Part shown: positions 35,054 through 44,071 of the stretch, piece by piece
How the letters are laid out: each line of letters starts with the position of its first letter
How positions within the stretch are numbered: position 1 is the first letter of the stretch
DNA from: Sedimentisphaerales bacterium
GTDB taxonomy: Bacteria; Planctomycetota; Phycisphaerae; Sedimentisphaerales; SM23-30
Assembly (NCBI GenBank): GCA_016934515.1
Contig: JAFGSR010000181.1
Coordinates: 3,554 to 67,553 of the forward strand
Direction: 5' to 3'
DNA length: 64,000 nt
Notes under the pieces: model-generated
Databases searched by the model: none
Seen by the model: the letters and a program-made list of their open reading frames with translations, nothing else
Told to the model about the DNA's origin: nothing
Position numbers and translations under genes: made by a program

Positions 35054-35107
35054 ATCAAGTTCTGAACTTTTTTACGTAAGTGTTGTTCTTATAATGGATT
35101 GGATGAA

Positions 35108-36574
35108 ATGGCGGAAACATTGAAGAGTCTGGATGAATTGGTGTCGCTGTGCAAGCGGCGAGGTTTTATATTTCAAAGCAGCGATATATATGGCGGCCTG
35201 GCAAGCTGTTACGATTACGGGCCGCTGGGTGTGGAACTGAAGCGGAATGTGAAGAATGCCTGGTGGAAGTCGGTGGTGCAGATGCGTGACGACATGGTGG
35301 GGCTGGACTGCAGCATTTTGATGCATCCGATGGTGTGGAAATCGTCGGGGCATGTGGACAAATTTGCGGACCTGGTGGCGGAATGCAAGAAATGCAACAC
35401 GCGAACACGGGTGGACCATTTGCAGGGTACTGAAGGCGCGGAGACCACCCACCACAGCCACGGTGAGGAGCAGGAGCATACGGATCTTTCAGGTAAGGTC
35501 TGTCCGTCGTGCGGAACGACGGGTCAGTTTACGAATCCGATGCCATTCAAGCTGATGTTTGAGACGCAGATGGGTGCTAATGTTGAGGATTCGATGAAGG
35601 TTTATCTGCGGCCGGAGACGGCACAGGGAATTTTTGCGAATTTTCGTAATGTGATGGACTCGACGAGGATTAAGGTGCCATTTGGGATTGCCCAGGTGGG
35701 TAAGAGTTTTCGTAATGAGGTTACGACGAAGGCGTTTATTTTTCGGACGCGTGAGTTTGAGCAGATGGAGATTGAGTTTTTCTGCCAGCCGGGGACTGAT
35801 GAACAGTGGTGGGAGCACTGGAAAGAGCAGCGGATGCAGTGGTACCTCGATTTGGGGATTCGTCGGGAGAATCTGAAATTCCGTCCGCACGCTTCGGATG
35901 AGTTGGCGCACTATGCCAAGGCGTGTGTTGATATTGAGTATCGTTTTCCGTTCGGTCAGGGTGACTGGCAGGAGCTGGAGGGGATTGCGAACCGGACGGA
36001 TTATGATTTGCGACAGCATCAGCGGGGAATGCGCTCGGTGACGAAGTGGTTTGAGAGTGGACGGAATACGGAGAAGACTTCGCTGGTGGAGGAGCCGGAG
36101 GATTGGCACAAGGGGCCGTTGAGCTTTTTTGATGATGAGGCCCGGGAGCGTTATATTCCTTATGTGATTGAGCCGTCGGCGGGTGCGGACCGGGGGACGC
36201 TAGCGTTTCTGGTGGATGCTTACGCGGAAGAGGAAGTGCGGGGCGAGAAACGTAACGTGCTACGTTTTCATCCGAAATTGGCACCGATTAAGGTGGGGGT
36301 GTTTCCGCTGGTGAAGAAGGAAGGGATGCCGGAGCGGGCCAAGGCGATTTATAATGATCTGCGGGGGTATTTCAGTTGTTTTTATGATGAGAAATCGGCG
36401 GTGGGTCGGCGATATCGTCGGCAGGATGAAGCAGGGACGCCTTATTGCGTTACGGTTGACGGCCAGACAGCTGAGGACAACACGGTTACGCTGCGTGACC
36501 GGGACTCCATGGAGCAGACCCGGGTGAGTTGTGATAAGCTTTTAGGATTGTTACGTGAAAAACTTGATATGTAA
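35108..36574 (+). CDS. glyQS: Glycine--tRNA ligase (dimeric class II type)
   Basis: The ORF track starts at a TTG at 35099; the in-frame ATG at 35108 gives MAETLKSLDELVSLCKRRGFIFQSSDIYGGLASCYDYGPLG, a canonical GlyQS N-terminus. It also has YLRPETAQGIF and a CxxC...CxxC insertion. Confidence 0.9.
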   Translation: MAETLKSLDELVSLCKRRGFIFQSSDIYGGLASCYDYGPLGVELKRNVKNAWWKSVVQMRDDMVGLDCSILMHPMVWKSSGHVDKFADLVAECKKCNTRTRVDHLQGTEGAETTHHSHGEEQEHTDLSGKVCPSCGTTGQFTNPMPFKLMFETQMGANVEDSMKVYLRPETAQGIFANFRNVMDSTRIKVPFGIAQVGKSFRNEVTTKAFIFRTREFEQMEIEFFCQPGTDEQWWEHWKEQRMQWYLDLGIRRENLKFRPHASDELAHYAKACVDIEYRFPFGQGDWQELEGIANRTDYDLRQHQRGMRSVTKWFESGRNTEKTSLVEEPEDWHKGPLSFFDDEARERYIPYVIEPSAGADRGTLAFLVDAYAEEEVRGEKRNVLRFHPKLAPIKVGVFPLVKKEGMPERAKAIYNDLRGYFSCFYDEKSAVGRRYRRQDEAGTPYCVTVDGQTAEDNTVTLRDRDSMEQTRVSCDKLLGLLREKLDM

Positions 36575-36584
36575 GTTTTATGTT

Positions 36585-36666
36585 GCCCCTTCAGGGCTTG
36601 GAAATTTGCTAATGCTCGTAAACCCAGGGCGTTGCCCTGGGCTATAATATTTTACCCCTTTGGGGC
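36585..36666 (+). repeat. REP-like palindromic element, copy 1 (direct orientation)
   Basis: About 82 nt. It contains the hairpin CCCAGGGC-GTT-GCCCTGGG (36623-36641), flanked by the small palindromes GCCCCTTCAGGGC and CCCCTTTGGGG. It is near-identical to 38140..38222. Confidence 0.85.
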
Positions 36667-36734
36667 ATTGAGATAGAACGCTAACGTGTCAGATTTTCAC
36701 GGATTAAATTCATATTTGTAGTAATAATATAAAG

Positions 36735-37556
36735 ATGAATATTCATAAACACGAACAAGTCGTTGAATTTGTCCATAGTCATCCAGTATTCAAAGGAATA
36801 CTAGATGATAATTATTTGAACGATCTTGCTAAAAAGATTGAAGAAAATGAGCCAAATTGGCCCAAAACACTAGAAATTTATTGTCATATTATTGAGGATA
36901 CCAGATCAAACTTAGATACTCTTGAAATTGGATTAAGGTTCATCATAGAAACGGTGTCGGGGCAACCTAAATCAGATTTTATCAATCGATTAAAAGACGT
37001 GAATAATGTTGGTACAGTATTTGAAACATGTTTAATTGGAGCATTATATCGAGAATTAAAAAATAATGTGTACCCATACCCAGACATTGGAAATAGACAG
37101 AGAGTCGAAGCAAAATTGACTATTGATGAACTCAATTTATTCTTAGAAGCAAGTGTTTTAAACTTTAGTGAAGCGGATTTAGATTCATTTCGTTCGGCGG
37201 AATCTCAAGGGGGAATTTCAGTAACAAGCTTACCTGGAACCGGCGAAGGTAGGGTAATACAAAAAATTGAAGAGAAGTTCAAAAGATACAATTCCGATGA
37301 GCGTAATATACTTTTATTAAGCCAATACAGTTGCCTTCCCTTGCATGATTGTGGGATTGAAGCAGTGAAAAGTTATTTACATGAATATGGAAAAAATGAT
37401 TCTGCGCGTAATTTTTGTGGGATATTCTACTTTGATCGTTTTGAATGTTTAGCTTGGATTGAGAATAAGTTTTGCAAGAAGGAATTAATGTTAAATAGTC
37501 GAATAGTCAATATATTAGAATCGGCGTTTTCAGGGATGATTCCATGTAATAGATAA
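36735..37556 (+). CDS. AT-rich orphan hypothetical protein (possible PD-(D/E)xK-like motif)
   Basis: 273-aa ORF, strongly more AT-rich than its flanks (about 30% G+C in a hand-counted 100-nt sample). It is bracketed by REP copies 1 and 2. The segment YPDIGNRQRVEAKL fits a loose PD...ExK pattern; this is speculative. Confidence 0.5.
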   Translation: MNIHKHEQVVEFVHSHPVFKGILDDNYLNDLAKKIEENEPNWPKTLEIYCHIIEDTRSNLDTLEIGLRFIIETVSGQPKSDFINRLKDVNNVGTVFETCLIGALYRELKNNVYPYPDIGNRQRVEAKLTIDELNLFLEASVLNFSEADLDSFRSAESQGGISVTSLPGTGEGRVIQKIEEKFKRYNSDERNILLLSQYSCLPLHDCGIEAVKSYLHEYGKNDSARNFCGIFYFDRFECLAWIENKFCKKELMLNSRIVNILESAFSGMIPCNR

Positions 37557-37586
37557 TTTAATTTATCAGATTGTTAATTTGATTGT

Positions 37587-37665
37587 CCTGAAAGGGCATA
37601 ATAGAGAAGCCAAGGGCAACGCCCTGGGGCGTTGGGAACGAGAGCATTTTTAGCCCTGAAGGGGC
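37587..37665 (-). repeat. REP-like palindromic element, copy 2 (inverted orientation, degenerate)
   Basis: It reads as the reverse complement of copy 1, with substitutions (...GCCAAGGGCAACGCCCTGGGG...TAGCCCTGAAGGGGC). It lies 14 nt upstream of the RAYT start. Confidence 0.75.
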
Positions 37666-37678
37666 GGAATACTACACT

Positions 37679-38131
37679 ATGCCGCAGTCTTTATCGCAAA
37701 TTTATATCCATTTGATATTCGGAACGAAAAATCATGAGCCGTTATTGGAAAATCATGTCCGCGATGAATTGCACCGTTACATAGCGACAATTTTAAAAAA
37801 CTGGGAGTCACCGGCAATTACGATAGGGTCCGTCTCCAACCACATTCATATTCTCTTTTCTTTGTCGCGAAATCATCCGGTACGCAAAATCGTAGAAGAA
37901 GTGAAAAAGAGTTCGTCGAAGTGGTTGAAAACCAAAGAAGGCATATCTTCGAATTTTCACTGGCAAAACGGGTACGGCGTTTTTTCCGTTAGCCAATCCG
38001 GATTACAGGATGTAATTGCATATATTGAGAATCAGGAAGATCATCATCGACACGTGGCATTTCAGGAAGAATATCGTAAGTTTCTGCAAAAATATAATAT
38101 TGAGTTTGATGAGAAATACGTTTGGGATTAG
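37679..38131 (+). CDS. IS200/IS605-family Y1 (HUH) transposase-like protein, REP-associated tyrosine transposase (RAYT) type
   Basis: 150-aa ORF. The HUH motif is in SNHIHILFS. The catalytic Tyr is in a YxxxQ context (VIAYIENQEDHH). The N-terminus SQIYIHLIFGTKNHEP is typical. Confidence 0.85.
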   Translation: MPQSLSQIYIHLIFGTKNHEPLLENHVRDELHRYIATILKNWESPAITIGSVSNHIHILFSLSRNHPVRKIVEEVKKSSSKWLKTKEGISSNFHWQNGYGVFSVSQSGLQDVIAYIENQEDHHRHVAFQEEYRKFLQKYNIEFDEKYVWD

Positions 38132-38139
38132 AATAATTG

Positions 38140-38289
38140 CGCCCTTTCAGGGCTTGGAAATTTGTTGTTGCTCGTGAACCCAGGGCGTTGCCCTGGGCTA
38201 TGCTATTTTGCCCCTTTGGGGCTTTAAGGCTGGGATGGCATGAACACCAGGGCGTTGCCCTGGGCTATATTATTTTGCCCCTTTGGGGC
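38140..38289 (+). repeat. REP-like palindromic elements, copy 3 (full) and copy 4 (partial), direct orientation
   Basis: 38140-38222 repeats copy 1 almost base for base, with the hairpin CCCAGGGCGTTGCCCTGGG at 38179-38197. 38243-38289 repeats the 3-prime half, with the hairpin core at about 38247-38264. Confidence 0.85.
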
Positions 38290-38339
38290 TTTGGAATTAG
38301 CCTGTAGCGCATTTTGTTAGGAACCCTGAGGGAGATGGC

Positions 38340-39848
38340 ATGGAAATGAAATCGATTAGAATCAATGAGATGGGTCGGCATGTTGGCGAGGAAGTTTTGC
38401 TGAAGGGTTGGTTGAATAATTCACGGGCGGGGGGTAAGGTTCAGTTTTTGATGGTTCGGGATGGAAGCGGGCTTTGTCAGGCGGTTATGGAAAAAAGCGA
38501 GGCTAGCGCGGAGTTGTTTGATGAGGTTAAGCACCTGGGTCAGGAATCGTCGCTTTGGGTGGCGGGGGTGGTTCGGGAAGAGCCGCGGAGTGTGGGCGGT
38601 TATGAGTTGGCGGTGAGCGATGTGCGGATTATTCATAAGACGGAGGATTATCCGATTACGCCGAAGCCGCACGGGCCGGATTTTTTGTTGAAAAATCGTC
38701 ATTTGCATTTGCGCAGTCGCAAGCAGTGGGCTTTGGCGCGAGTGCGGCACAGTGTGATTGAAGCGATTCGCGATTTTTTCAACAGCAACGATTTTATACT
38801 GATCGATACGCCGATATTTGCTCCGGCAGCGGGCGAAGGGGAACAGACGCTGTTTAATGTGGATTATTTTGGCGAGGAAGTGGCATTGGCACAGACGGGG
38901 CAGCTTTACCTGGAGGCGGCGGCGTTGAGTCATGGGAAGGTTTATTGTTTTGGGCCGACGTTTCGGGCGGAAAAGAGCAAGACCCGTCGGCATTTGACGG
39001 AGTTCTGGATGGTGGAGCCGGAGATTGCTTATGTTGATCTGAACGGGCTGCTGGAAGTGGCGGAGAATTTTATTACGCATATTATTCAACACACACTGAA
39101 GCGTCGTCGTGATGAGTTGGAAATTCTGGAGCGGGACACGGCTGATCTGGAAAAGATACAGCTGCCGTTTTATCGCTTGAGTTATTCGGATGCAGTGGAT
39201 TTGCTGCACAGCGAAAAAGCTCAGGGGTTTTTGCAGGGACAGCTTGAGGAGAAACAGGGACAGCTTGAGCAGTTACAGAGCAGTATTGAGCAGTGGACCC
39301 AGGAGCAGGAATCAGCGAAAAAACAGTGGCAAAAAGACAAGCTTACGCATCAGATTGCCCAGGGCCACGAGCAGGTTAGTGAGTTGACGGAGCAAATCAA
39401 GAACATTCCCCATCACATGGAGTTGGCGAAGAACTTTAAGTGGGGCAAGGATCTGGGCGGTTCGGACGAGACGATTATTTCAAATCTGCATGATCGACCG
39501 GTATTTGTGCATCGTTATCCGAAGGAAGTTAAGGCTTTTTATATGAAGCCGGACGAAGAAGATTCGCGAGTGGTGATGAACTTTGATTGCCTGGCGCCGC
39601 AGGGGTACGGCGAAATAATCGGCGGCTCCATGCGTGAAGACAGCTATGAGGCGCTGCTGGGGCGGATTCGTGAGTTGGGTTATGAGGAAGCGGACTATCA
39701 GTGGTATCTGGATTTGCGACGTTACGGCTCGGTGCCACATGGTGGTTTTGGTTTGGGCGTGGAGCGTACGGTGGCGTGGCTTTCGGGAACCAGACACATT
39801 CGCGAGACCATTGCTTATCCGAGGATGATGGGCAAGATTTATCCGTAA
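38340..39848 (+). CDS. asnS: Asparagine--tRNA ligase with a coiled-coil insertion
   Basis: 502-aa ORF. Class IIb motif 2 reads FRAEKSKTRRHLTEFWMVEPEIAY (AsnRS type). Motif 3 reads GGFGLGVERTVAWL. A Q/E/K-rich insertion of about 60 aa precedes the WG.DL block. Confidence 0.85.
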   Translation: MEMKSIRINEMGRHVGEEVLLKGWLNNSRAGGKVQFLMVRDGSGLCQAVMEKSEASAELFDEVKHLGQESSLWVAGVVREEPRSVGGYELAVSDVRIIHKTEDYPITPKPHGPDFLLKNRHLHLRSRKQWALARVRHSVIEAIRDFFNSNDFILIDTPIFAPAAGEGEQTLFNVDYFGEEVALAQTGQLYLEAAALSHGKVYCFGPTFRAEKSKTRRHLTEFWMVEPEIAYVDLNGLLEVAENFITHIIQHTLKRRRDELEILERDTADLEKIQLPFYRLSYSDAVDLLHSEKAQGFLQGQLEEKQGQLEQLQSSIEQWTQEQESAKKQWQKDKLTHQIAQGHEQVSELTEQIKNIPHHMELAKNFKWGKDLGGSDETIISNLHDRPVFVHRYPKEVKAFYMKPDEEDSRVVMNFDCLAPQGYGEIIGGSMREDSYEALLGRIRELGYEEADYQWYLDLRRYGSVPHGGFGLGVERTVAWLSGTRHIRETIAYPRMMGKIYP

Positions 39849-39902
39849 GCAAAGTTGTTACGTGATCGAATGTAAAAATCACTTTTGCGAAGGGAAAATA
39901 AA

Positions 39903-41450
39903 ATGAATCGACGTTCGTTTTTGAAGCAGATTGGTGTGGCGTCCCTGTCGGTTTTCCCGTTGGCTTGTGCAACTTCGGGGTGGGTGAAGGCCAAGCGGGG
40001 GCGGCCGAATATTTTGTTTATTTTTTCCGACGATCACGCTTTTCAGGCTATCAGTGCTTACGGTTCCAAAATAAACCAGACGCCCAACATTGATCGGATC
40101 GGGGCGGAGGGGGCGATTCTGGATAACTGTTATTGTTGTAATTCCATTTGTGCCCCGAGCAGGGCAGCGGTGCTGACGGGCAAACACAGTCATGTCAACG
40201 GATTGCGAACCAATGGTGACCGGTTTGACGGAGGTCAGCAGACGGTAGCCAAGCTTATGCAAGAGGCCGGCTACCAGACGGCAATGATCGGCAAGTGGCA
40301 TCTGAAGACTGATCCGACCGGTTTTGACTACTGGGAGATTCTACCGGGGCAGGGATGCTACTACAATCCGGATTTCCGTAGCAGCGGAGGCAAGAAGCGT
40401 TACAGCGGTTATGTGACGGATATCACTACCGATTTAGCGTTGGATTGGCTGGAAGAGAAACGTGACAAAAATAAGCCTTTTATGCTGATGTGTCAGAATA
40501 AGGCACCACACCGCAACTGGATGCCTGGTCCGAAGCATTTGAATATGTACGATGATGTGACGATTCCGGAACCGTCGAATTTGTTTGACGATTATGCTAA
40601 CCGCAGTTCCGGACTCAAGCAAAATGAAATGTCCATCGCAAAGCATTTTATGTTCGATCGCGATTTGAAAGTTACCGGTTCCAAGATAAAAGATGCTCTG
40701 GGACGCGATTATTCCAACTACGAGCTTAAGCGGATGAATCCTGAGCAGAAGCAGCTTTGGATGGAAGCCTACGGTCCGAAAAATGAGGCTTTCGAAAAGG
40801 CTGATTTGAAAGGAAAGGAGCTGACCCGCTGGAAGTATCAGCGTTACATCAAGGATTACCTGCGTTGCGTGGCGTCGGTGGATGATAATGTGGGGCGTTT
40901 GCTGAATTATCTGGACAGCAACGGTTTGGCGGATAACACACTGGTGATTTATAGTTCGGACCAGGGATTCTATTTGGGTGAGCACGGCTGGTATGACAAG
41001 CGGTGGATGTATGAGGAGTCTTTTCGGATGCCGTTTTTGGCGAAGTGGCCGGGGGTAATAAAGGCAGGCATCCGGAGTTCCAAATTGGCTCAGAATATTG
41101 ATTTTGCTCCGACTTTTCTGGAGGCTACCAATCAGAACGTTCCCGATGATATGCAGGGTGTGAGTTTGTTGCCCTTGCTGGAAGGTAAGAAGCCAGCTGG
41201 TTGGCGGAAAAGTATTTACTATCACTATTACGAGAAGGGCGAACATAACGTTCCGCGGCACTATGGCGTACGGACCGAGCGATACAAATTGATTCACTAT
41301 TACGATCTGGGCGAATGGGAACTGTTCGACTTGAAAAATGATCCGCGTGAAATGAAAAGTCTGTATGACGATCCGGCTTATGAATCGGTGCGCAAAAAAT
41401 TGCTGGCGGAGTTGCGGAAGCTGGAGAAACAATATCAGGTGCCGAGCTGA
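39903..41450 (+). CDS. Cys-type sulfatase (formylglycine-dependent) with Tat/Sec signal
   Basis: The ORF track starts at 39885; the ATG at 39903 gives [23 protein letters not shown]. The sulfatase signature is [15 protein letters not shown], preceded by [10 protein letters not shown]. Confidence 0.85.
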   Translation: MNRRSFLKQIGVASLSVFPLACATSGWVKAKRGRPNILFIFSDDHAFQAISAYGSKINQTPNIDRIGAEGAILDNCYCCNSICAPSRAAVLTGKHSHVNGLRTNGDRFDGGQQTVAKLMQEAGYQTAMIGKWHLKTDPTGFDYWEILPGQGCYYNPDFRSSGGKKRYSGYVTDITTDLALDWLEEKRDKNKPFMLMCQNKAPHRNWMPGPKHLNMYDDVTIPEPSNLFDDYANRSSGLKQNEMSIAKHFMFDRDLKVTGSKIKDALGRDYSNYELKRMNPEQKQLWMEAYGPKNEAFEKADLKGKELTRWKYQRYIKDYLRCVASVDDNVGRLLNYLDSNGLADNTLVIYSSDQGFYLGEHGWYDKRWMYEESFRMPFLAKWPGVIKAGIRSSKLAQNIDFAPTFLEATNQNVPDDMQGVSLLPLLEGKKPAGWRKSIYYHYYEKGEHNVPRHYGVRTERYKLIHYYDLGEWELFDLKNDPREMKSLYDDPAYESVRKKLLAELRKLEKQYQVPS

Positions 41451-41511
41451 CATTATCGGGTATAGCAGAATACCGGCTTCCGTTAATTAGCGGTTTAATT
41501 CGGAGCAGAAA

Positions 41512-42543
41512 ATGATGTACATTAAGGAGCTGTTGGGGTACGCCCGGAGTCAGGGGGCGGCGGATATTCATGTGATTGCGGGGGCACCGATTCACATCCG
41601 AGTAGGGAGGGACCTAAAGGCGATTACGAAGGAAACTCTCAGTGTCGAGCAAAGTCGCGAGTTGTCTTATGCGTTACTGAGTGAACAGCAGCGTGAAGAA
41701 TTTGAGCGGAATCTGGATTATGATTTGATGCACACGGACGAACAAGGTCGATACCGGATTAACATCGGTTATTTCAGCGGGGCGGTGGGGTGTGTTATTC
41801 GGATTTTGCCGGATGTGCCTAAGACAGTGGCGGAGTTGAAACTGCCGAAAGTGATTTGCAAGTGTGCGGAATTTACCAAAGGATTGGTATTGATAACCGG
41901 CAGCACCAGCCAGGGCAAGACCACCACGATGAGCGCAATGATCGATCATGTCAACGAGAAGAAGAAGCGGCATGTGGTAACGATTGAAGATCCGATTGAG
42001 TACGTCCACACGAATAAGAAAAGTGTGGTGCGGCAGCGGGAAATAGGCAAGGACACGGCGGGATTTTATAACGGACTGCGGGCGGCATTGCGGCAGGATC
42101 CGGATATTATCGCGATTGGTGAGATGCGGGATTACGAAACAATTAAGATTGCGTTGACGGCGGCAGAGACGGGGGTGTTTGTGCTGTCCACTTTGCATAT
42201 TATTTCTATCGATAAGATTATTGAGCGACTGGTGAGCTATGCACCGGCGGAGGAGGAACTGCATTTGCGGTTTTTGCTGGCGGACTGTCTGCAGGCGGTG
42301 ATTCATCAGGAGTTGATGCCGACTAAGGACGGGGGCAAAAGGGCGGCGTGTGAGATTTTAATGGTAACTGATGCGGCGAAGAATATTATCCGGCGGCGGG
42401 GGGCGTTTATGCTGCGTAATGTGATTACCTCAGGCAAGCGATACGATATGATTTCCATGCAGGATTCGGTGGACGCTCTGCTGAAGGAAGGGGTGATAAG
42501 TGAAGACGCCGCCAACAGTGTGCTGGTTAATTATCGCAACTAA
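41512..42543 (+). CDS. pilT: PilT-family type IV pilus retraction / twitching ATPase
   Basis: 343-aa ORF. Walker A is GSTSQGKTTT, the Asp box is VVTIEDPIEY, Walker B is DPDIIAIGEMRD and the His box is VFVLSTLHI. Confidence 0.8.
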   Translation: MMYIKELLGYARSQGAADIHVIAGAPIHIRVGRDLKAITKETLSVEQSRELSYALLSEQQREEFERNLDYDLMHTDEQGRYRINIGYFSGAVGCVIRILPDVPKTVAELKLPKVICKCAEFTKGLVLITGSTSQGKTTTMSAMIDHVNEKKKRHVVTIEDPIEYVHTNKKSVVRQREIGKDTAGFYNGLRAALRQDPDIIAIGEMRDYETIKIALTAAETGVFVLSTLHIISIDKIIERLVSYAPAEEELHLRFLLADCLQAVIHQELMPTKDGGKRAACEILMVTDAAKNIIRRRGAFMLRNVITSGKRYDMISMQDSVDALLKEGVISEDAANSVLVNYRN

Positions 42544-42651
42544 TCGGGATAATTTTGAAGTCGTCAAGGATTTCATTATAAATGGCTGTCAGATTTACAT
42601 TTACGGAATTAGTGCTCTTGCAATATTGTATGTGATCGGTATAATGCCAAC

Positions 42652-43980
42652 ATGCAAACTCCGCGTAAACATGATCGAAATATAGAATTGCCGGTTGATA
42701 CCGCGGCAGAGGCTGCGGCACGTCTGGATCGTAAGGTTCGCCGGCTGAATAAGGATTTAACCTCGGTTCGTGAAACTTCGAGATTATTTACCCGGCCGCT
42801 GGATTTGCCGCAGGTTTTGGAGACGGTGGTCAAGACGGTGGCGCAGGCGATTGGAGCGGACGCGGCGGGATTAAGGCTGCTGGATGAAGAGGCGGGGCAG
42901 TTGAACCTGGAAGCTACTTATGGATTAAGCCAGGCCTACATCAACAAGGGACCGGTTACCTCCAGCGAAAGCACATTGAATATGCGAGCGTTGCAGGGCG
43001 AGCCCATCGTGGTGGAAGATATGCAGGGCGATAAGCATTTTAAAAGGTACCACAAGGACATTGTTCGTGAAGGGCTGGTTAGCAATTTAACGATCGGTCT
43101 GACTTATAAGGACCAGGGGATTGGAACGTTGCGGCTTTACAGTAAGAGGCGGCGGCGGTTTTCTGCTGATGATATTTCGGTGGCCCAGACAGTGGCGGCA
43201 CAATCGGCGGTTGCGATTGTGAATGCCCGTTTATATGCTGAGGCGTTAGAAGCGGACCGTTTGAATCGTCAGATGAAACTTGCCGGGGATGTGCAGCGGC
43301 ATTTGATTCCTCAGAAAGCGCCGGAGGTTTCGGGTCTGGATATCAGCGGTTTGTATGTGCCCTGCCATGAAGTCGGTGGTGATTTTTACGATTATATCAA
43401 TTTGTCGAACGAGCGGATTTTACTGGTGATAGGCGATGTAATGGGCAAGGGAGTGGCGGCATCGCTGAAGATGGCGTCGCTGCGTTCGGCTTTGCGAGCT
43501 TATGCCGAGCAGTTTGAGGAGTTGGGTGATTTAGTCATCCGGGTGAACCGGTTGTTTTGTCATGATAACGAAGCGGGGGAATTCGCGACGTTGTTTTGTG
43601 CAGTGGTCGATCAGCGGGCATCGACAATAACTTATTGCAATTGCGGGCATGATCCACCGGCTTTGCTTCGGGCAGAGGAAACGCTGGACCTGACGGAGGG
43701 GGGAACCATTGTCGGGCTGGATGCGGAAAACCGGTTTGAAACTCGTCAGAAATCTCTGGCGGCTGGCGACATGTTGATAATGTACACGGATGGATTGACG
43801 GATGCGATGAATTTTGAACGGGTGTCGTTTGGGCGCGAGCGGGTCATTGAGGCGGCCCGGCAATCGTTTCAGATGAGTGCAGAACGAGCGGCCAAGAATA
43901 TCCTCTGGTTGATGAGGAAATTTACCGGTTTGACGCCTCGATTCGACGATACTGCTTTGGTAGTTATGAAAAAAGTCTAA
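42652..43980 (+). CDS. GAF-domain PP2C-type (SpoIIE/RsbU-like) serine phosphatase
   Basis: 442-aa ORF with an N-terminal GAF region (LETVVKTVAQAIGADAAGLRLLDEE...GTLRLYS). The C-terminal SpoIIE/PP2C blocks are GGDFYDY, VIGDVMGKGVAASL and MYTDGLTDA. Confidence 0.8.
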   Translation: MQTPRKHDRNIELPVDTAAEAAARLDRKVRRLNKDLTSVRETSRLFTRPLDLPQVLETVVKTVAQAIGADAAGLRLLDEEAGQLNLEATYGLSQAYINKGPVTSSESTLNMRALQGEPIVVEDMQGDKHFKRYHKDIVREGLVSNLTIGLTYKDQGIGTLRLYSKRRRRFSADDISVAQTVAAQSAVAIVNARLYAEALEADRLNRQMKLAGDVQRHLIPQKAPEVSGLDISGLYVPCHEVGGDFYDYINLSNERILLVIGDVMGKGVAASLKMASLRSALRAYAEQFEELGDLVIRVNRLFCHDNEAGEFATLFCAVVDQRASTITYCNCGHDPPALLRAEETLDLTEGGTIVGLDAENRFETRQKSLAAGDMLIMYTDGLTDAMNFERVSFGRERVIEAARQSFQMSAERAAKNILWLMRKFTGLTPRFDDTALVVMKKV

Positions 43981-44071
43981 TTTTATGGCAATGACACAAC
44001 TCGTCTTTTGAATGCTTATTGACCGATACTGAATCTGTTCAACAGCGATATTGGAAAACCAGGAAAAGAAC

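Larger units (their letters stand above)
37587..38289 (+). mobile_element. REP/RAYT module (REPtron-like): Y1 transposase gene bracketed by inverted REP-type repeats
   Basis: The RAYT-type gene at 37679..38131 has an inverted REP on its left (37587-37665) and one and a half direct REPs on its right (38140-38289). This is the classical arrangement for REP-associated tyrosine transposases. Confidence 0.75.

Noticed and set aside
34702-35098. T-box riboswitch upstream of glyQS, as found in Firmicutes.
   Set aside because: I found no T-box consensus (AANNNGGGTGGNACCGCG-like) and no specifier/terminator architecture in the 400-nt leader.
41890-41920. Atypical PilT Walker A (GSTSQGKTTT instead of GPTGSGKST), considered as evidence of an inactive ATPase.
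   Set aside because: It still satisfies GxxxxGK[ST]. The Asp box, Walker B and His box are intact, so there is no basis for calling it degenerate.
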